Below are positions 57,461 through 64,000 of a stretch of 64,000 nt of DNA, piece by piece. Under the pieces are notes generated by a model that made no database searches, was not told the origin of the DNA, and saw only the letters and a list, made by a program, of their open reading frames with translations. A program made the position numbers and the translations under genes. The DNA comes from Octopus vulgaris (lineage: Eukaryota), in NCBI GenBank assembly GCA_951406725.2, contig OX597824.1:42718001-42782000 (forward strand), in the 5' to 3' direction. Within the stretch, counting starts at the first letter, position 1. The number at the start of each line of letters is the position of its first letter.

Positions 57461-57499
57461 GCTAGTTGAAGTTTAAAGTAACTTCTTGAAATATATATT

Positions 57500-57690
57500 T
57501 TATCTGTTATTCTTTTGGGGGCACCGCCTTGAAGAATTTTTAATCGAATGAATCGACCCCAGTGCTTACTTTTTGTGAAGTCGGGCGTTTGTTCTATCGT
57601 TCTCTATTGCCGGACCGCTAAGTTCTGTGAACGTAACCACACCAACACCGATAGTCAAGCGGTAGTGGGCGACAAACACAGGCACTAAGA
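57500..57690 (-). mobile_element. SINE family B 3' half
   Basis: gcaccgccttgaag..atcgacccc..accgctaagtt..acgtaa. Confidence 0.7.
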
Positions 57691-57784
57691 TATATACACG
57701 CTCTCACATACGTAATACATACATATATATGTGTGTGTGTATATATATATATATACACATACATACATACATGTATATATATAT

Positions 57785-58513
<729 letters not shown>

Positions 58514-58605
58514 TAAAGTTAATCCAAACAAGAAAGCACAAAAAAACACAACGCGAGGACGTGGAACAAATATAGTATTATTGGACGCTCAGGGAAAGAA
58601 GGCGG

Positions 58606-58640
58606 GTTTAACGTTTCGAGCGGAGCTCTTCGTCGGAAAC
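58606..58640 (-). ncRNA. Minimal type I hammerhead motif with U4C core in a (TA)n-flanked 200-bp element
   Basis: GTTT-CCGACGA-A-GAGC-tcc-GCTC-GAAA-C-GTT^AAAC. Confidence 0.72.
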
Positions 58641-58883
58641 ATAGAAGGAAAGATCCAGAGAAGGGAAGACAGAGGGAAAAAAATCGCCAACGGTACACAC
58701 GAGGTCACATATATATTCCGTGACTTCTTTCAGTGACAGACCAGGCTATCAGTTGTTGCTACACATCGCTGGTCACAATGCGCTTCGTATTGTTTTTGGC
58801 CTTCAAATGACGCCACCCCACTGGCTAGGCGAGCAGGCTAACAGAAGAAAGAGTTAGAGGAAGTTGTAGCGAAAGAGTACATG

Positions 58884-58966
<83 letters not shown>

Positions 58967-59002
58967 CTGTGTGTATGTATATATATATATATATATATAT
59001 AT

Positions 59003-59411
59003 ACTCTTTACTCTTTACTCTTTTACTTGTTTCAATCATTTGACTGCGGCCATGCTGGAGCACCGCCTTTAGTCGATCAAATCGACCCGGGACTTATTCT
59101 TTGTAAGCCCAGTACTTATTCTATCGGTATATTTTGCCGAACCGCTAAGTAACGGGGACGTAAACACACCAGCATCGGTTGTGAAGCAATGCTAGGGGGA
59201 CAAACACAGACACAAACACACACACACATATATATATATACATATATATGACAGGCTTCTTTCAGTTTCCGTCTACCAAATCCACTCACAAGGCATTGGT
59301 CGGCCCGGGGCTATAGCAGAAGACACTTGCCCAAGATGCCACGCAGTGGGACTGAACCCGCAACCATGTGGTTAGTTAGCAAGCTACTTACCACACAGCC
59401 ACGCCTACGCC
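59003..59411 (-). mobile_element. Full-length SINE family B (tRNA head, CORE-like domain; octopus OR-type by recollection)
   Basis: revcomp ggcgtaggcgtggctgtgtggtaagtagc..ggttcagtcccactgcgtggcatcttgggcaagtgtcttct..(aaaagagt)n tail. Confidence 0.88.
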
Positions 59412-59510
59412 TATATATATACACACATATATACGTGTGTATTTTATATATATATAAGAAATTAATAAAGGAAAATACGCACACTTACATAGTTTTAATA
59501 TAATTTTTAA

Positions 59511-59547
59511 TATGTCGACCGGTTTCGCAATCGCTATTCATGATATT
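59511..59547 (-). ncRNA. Minimal hammerhead motif with A3-U8 core, downstream of the Penelope GIY-YIG ORF
   Basis: ATATC-ATGAATA-GC-gatt-GC-GAAA-CCG-GTC^GACAT. Confidence 0.65.
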
Positions 59548-60873
59548 ATGTTTTACTTGTTTGAATATATATTTTTTCTTAAAAAGAAATTTTGTCCATG
59601 TTGTGTGTGGTGAAATTCACGATTGAATGACTTCACAAGTAGATAAATAAAGGGAGGTAATTGGTTGGCGTTATTATTGTTATTGTTGTGAGTAAGGGAG
59701 ATAACTGTTCAGCTTTCGGTAATGGGAGGGGAATATATGTTTACAGACAGAGACAAGTTTCAAAAACCTTGTTTAATGAGGGGATTTATGTACAGTGATG
59801 TAATCGTGAATTGAAATATGTAAAAATATAAAAGTTGGTTATGCGTGCATATTAAGACATGTTTTGTATTTTTCAATGAAAAAAGTTTCTTTATTTAAAC
59901 GTTCTAGTTGAGAAATTGTGTCTTTGCATTGGTAGAAAGAGAAGACTGTGAAATTTGGCTTGATGTTATCTGCACATTTTTCTATGTGTTCACTGAGAGG
60001 AATTTGTCTGTATTGCGGGAAACGGATTTGCTCTTTATGTAGAGTGGTTCTCTTTCTCAAGGTCATACTCGTTTGTCCAATATAGTGGTGTCCGCAACCC
60101 GAGCAGGTTATTTCATAAATTAGGTTCTCAGAGGCACAAATGAAACTAGTTTTAATTGTGAACCTCTGTCCTTCTTTGAAAAGGAAATCCGAGCCTTCAA
60201 GCAGGTTGGGGCAGGTTCCACAGTTTGGGCGTCCACATTTTTCAACCGTTGGTTTCGTGGTTGTTTTGTAAAACTTTGCATTTGTTAGTTGTCTTGTTTT
60301 TTGTTTGTCTTGTTTTTTGCATTTGATGAGTTTTTGTGTTTTCAGGATGTCGTTCATTTCTGGATCTCTAGTTAGTAAAGGAAGTGTTTGCACAATAGTG
60401 TTGAATGCCTCACTGATTCTGGGGTTGTGTGTTGATATAAATAGTAATGTTTTGAGTTGAGGTGTGGTGTTATGTTTTGTTGTTCTTAGTGTTTTTGTGT
60501 CTAATTGTTTGCCACGTTTAATTCCCTCATACTAAATGATATAAATAGTAACATTCAATTCACAGTGAAATATAACAAAGAGCAACTCCCATTTTTAGAC
60601 ATCATGATAAAAAAGTTAACAATGAAATCATAACTGACATTTATTATAAACCAACTGATTCAAAACAATATCTTCTCTTTAACTCATGCCACCCGAAACA
60701 CATCAAAATAAACATCCCTTTCAATTTAACAAAAAGGATTTGCACAATAGTGTCTGATAGAACAACTCGGGACCTTCGTCTTCAAGACCTCAAAATAACG
60801 CTTATTGAAAGACAATATCCACCCTCACTTATCGACGAGGGAATTATGTGTATATATATATATATATATATAT

Positions 60874-61175
60874 AATTTTTACATTATATAAAAGGGCTTA
60901 GTAAAATAAATTACTTTGCCACATACTGAACTCATTAGAAATAGTAGCTAAAAAAACTTTTTTAAACTATTTCTAATACTTATTAGAAATAGTTTTAAAA
61001 AAGTTTTTTTAGCTACTATTTCTTATGAGTTCAGTATGTGGCAAAGTAATTTATTTTACTAAGCCCTTTTATATAATGTAATAATTTGAATTCGCCTTAA
61101 ATGGTCCCTTTACATACTGAACACTTGGTGAAATTGATTAATAATTAATTAATTTTACCCTCAATTGTTGAAATT
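60874..61175. mobile_element. Palindromic insert (~105-bp arms, 2-nt loop, ~90-bp tail) homologous to the terminus of the 16505-17273 element
   Basis: Symmetry about 60979-60980; tail revcomp aatttcaccaagt..aaagggaccattt matches 16549-16587. Confidence 0.85.
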
Positions 61176-61319
61176 ATATATATATATATATATATATACA
61201 CAAGCGTTGTTTTGAGGTCTTGAAGACGAAGGTCCCGAGTTGTTCTATCAGACACTATTGTGCAAATCTTTTTTGCTAAATTGAAAGGGATGTTTATTTT
61301 TGATGTGTTTCGAGTGGCA

Positions 61320-61434
61320 CTTGACCCGAGACTATAGTAGAAGAAAATTGCCGAAGGTACCACGCAGTGGGACTGAACCCGGAATCATGTAGGTGGGAAG
61401 CAACCTTCTTACCAATACAGTAACGCTTGCGCCT
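61320..61434 (-). mobile_element. SINE family B 5' part
   Basis: ccacgcagtgggactgaacccggaatcatgt. Confidence 0.75.
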
Positions 61435-62103
61435 ATATGAATATTAAATTTTGGCATTGCCAGAGGATCGTGAATTTGCAGTAGAAAGCTGTAGCTGATT
61501 GAATGGACGCGTAGTGTGTTACTGATATTTTTCTCATCGATCTCTGGATATACGTCCACAGAGAGACAAACTAAATCTTAACTACTCAATGAAACGTATC
61601 ACGCCAAAGATGTTTTGAAACAAGAAAAAAAATTATTTTTTTTCCTCACTGAAGAACAAAGCTCGTATGTTTAAGGAGAGACAGAGAAATGTTTATTAAA
61701 CGAACCACGGTACGTTACTGGCATTGAAGCAATATTGCCTATCTGGATAATGTATTTTGTGTGCCTTCTTGTGGACCATGTGATCCGTGAATGGTTGTTG
61801 TTGTTGTTGTTGTTGTTGTTGCTTTTAGCACTAATGCAACTTAAACGAGCGGATCTGTGACCAAATGCATTCCAGCCGAACCCAACCTGTCTTTTCTCAA
61901 ACATGGGACACCGTTCATTCGAAATTATAATCCGAAGAGTCATTCTTATTTAACACGATAGAGGGGAATTTGAGGAAGATGTAGATTTGGCCACTCTTTA
62001 GCTAATAATGCAACCACTTACAGGGACGGACACACATACACATGTACACAAATCCACACGCACACATTTAAACATATATGTGTATGTCTGTATGCGGGTG
62101 TGC

Positions 62104-62144
<41 letters not shown>

Positions 62145-62301
62145 TACATACACACACACACATACATACATACATACATACATCCATCCATCCATACATA
62201 CATACATACATACATACATACATACATACATACATACATACATACATACATACATACATACATACATACATACGTACGTACGTACATACGTACATACATG
62301 C

Positions 62302-62335
<34 letters not shown>

Positions 62336-62384
62336 CATAACTATACACATAATTATATCAAGGGATTGGCTATCAGCCTCCCCA

Positions 62385-62900
62385 CGCGCTAAAGATTCTG
62401 CCAGCTTGCTGCCTTTTATCTGTACCATCATATTCGTTTCAAATTTTGGCACAAGGCCAGTAATTTCAGGGAAGGGGATAGGTCGATTACGTTGATCCCA
62501 GTACGTAACTGCTACTCTTATATTATCGACTCCCGAAAGGACGAAAGGCAAAGTCGACCTCGGCGGAATTTGAACCCAGAACGTAGACAGGCATTTGAAC
62601 TCAGAACATAAAGACAGACGGAGTACCGCTGAGCATTTCACTCGGGGTGCTAACGCTTCTGCCAGCTCACCGCCTTTGTCGCTAATAATAACCCTTTCCA
62701 CTATAGGCACAAGGCCTGGGATTTTGGAGGAGGGGACTAGTCGATAACATCGACTCCACTGTTGAAATGGAACCTATTTCATCGACCCCGAAATGATGTA
62801 AGGCAAAGTCAACCTCGGCGGAATTTGAACTCAGAATGTAATGACGAGCGAAATACCGCTAAGCATTTTACCTGGCGTGCTAACGATTTTGCCAGCTCCC
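62385..62900 (-). mobile_element. Tandem SINE family A copies
   Basis: aaaggcaaagtcgacctcggcggaatttgaac cores at ~62545 and ~62800. Confidence 0.85.
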
Positions 62901-63224
62901 CTCCTTCTTGTCGCTAATAATAATAATAAATGAAATGTCACTAAGCATTTTAAACGGCGTGATCAAATGTATGCGCTGTACATTAGCTCACTCCCTCAAT
63001 CAAATCGCCGTTCATGAACAGGTGCACAGTGTGTAACCCGTCATATGTCAACTTGTTCACAGAACAACATGAGACGGAATGTTTTGCTCAAAAACATAAC
63101 GCACCGTCCGGTCCAGGAATTAAAATCTGAGAAAAAAGACAGTTTGGTCACGGCTGGAACGCCTTTTGTCATCGTTTTATTTTTTTTAGTATCAACGTAG
63201 AGGTAAACAACAAAACAACAATAG

Positions 63225-63256
<32 letters not shown>

Positions 63257-63339
63257 GTAACAGCAACTACGATGAAAAATCTTCATCGGTGAATTGGCTG
63301 ATACGGTGAATGGTCAGTGAGAGAGAGAGTGGGGGGAAA

Positions 63340-63440
63340 AGAAGAAGAAGGAGAAGAAGAAGAAGAAGAAGAAGAAGAAGAAGAAGAAGAAGAAGAAGAA
63401 GAAGAAGAAGAAGAAGAAGAAGAAGAAGAAGAAGAAGAAG
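63340..63440. repeat. (GAA)n microsatellite
   Basis: Direct reading. Confidence 0.95.
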
Positions 63441-63719
63441 ATGGTGGTGGTAGAAAAAGCAGACGACGAATAGAAGGGAAGAGAGAAGAGGAAAAGAAGA
63501 AAAAAAACGAAGAGGAAGGCAAACGAACGAACGAGTGAATGCGTGAGTGGGGGAGGAGTTTTAGATCCGAAAGATATTAATTAACCGTGGAATGTTCATA
63601 ATTGAATTCTTGTAGAAAGAAGCTAAATGTAATATGTTCTATTGTCATAAGTATTTATGTATTTATTTATGTCTGTCTCTTCATCCGCCCGTCTTCCTGT
63701 CCGTCTGTCCCTACAACTC

Positions 63720-63758
<39 letters not shown>

Positions 63759-64000
63759 GTCTGTCTGTCTGTCTGTCTGTCTGTCGGTCGGTCGGTCGGT
63801 CGGTCGGTCGGTCGGTCATCCCTTGTTTCCCTGCCGCTGTGTTATTGAAGACATATTTCAAGAAATAATCATTCAAATCAATCTGGAATTGCTGGATAGA
63901 TTTTTTGTTTGTTTAGTTTGTTTTTAGTTGTCTATTTTTTTTCTTAACTTATTTAGTTTCTTTTTTAGTGTTTTTTTTTTTTGTTTTCATATCTGTCCAC

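Larger units (their letters stand above)
59455..61319 (-). mobile_element. Penelope-like element 3' part with internal inversions
   Basis: ORF 59839-60393: CGRPNCGTC..CASENLIYEITCSGCGHHYIGQT..LRKR..LH (GIY-YIG); RT-thumb IQFTV..LPFLD..YYKPTDSKQYLLFNSCHP on + at ~60530-60846; partial duplicate on - at 61200-61319. Confidence 0.9.

Overview
Eukaryotic, AT-rich, gene-poor window saturated with microsatellites. The repeat repertoire (CORE-type tRNA SINEs, (TAA)n-associated R4/Dong LINEs, Penelope-like elements) suggests an Octopus/coleoid genome (inference). Almost all ORFs in the track are translations of simple repeats; no intact protein-coding gene is evident, only a few candidate exons. Recognisable elements: R4/Dong LINE fragments, a CR1 3' end, Tx1/L1 fragments, two Penelope-like elements (RT plus GIY-YIG), two non-autonomous Helitrons, a hAT MITE with a nested Tigger-like MITE, a mariner fragment and many SINEs. 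The most striking signal is a set of short non-coding, mostly (TA)n-flanked elements, several of them near-perfect fold-back palindromes with almost no spacer. They carry minimal type I hammerhead ribozyme motifs with palindromic stem III. About ten such loci, from largely unrelated sequence families, occur in 64 kb, and their cores show compensatory changes at the 3-8 pair (C-G, U-A, A-U). One Penelope terminal region also has a tRNA-like pol III promoter just upstream of its hammerhead. All structures were read by eye; boundaries of degenerate repeats are approximate.
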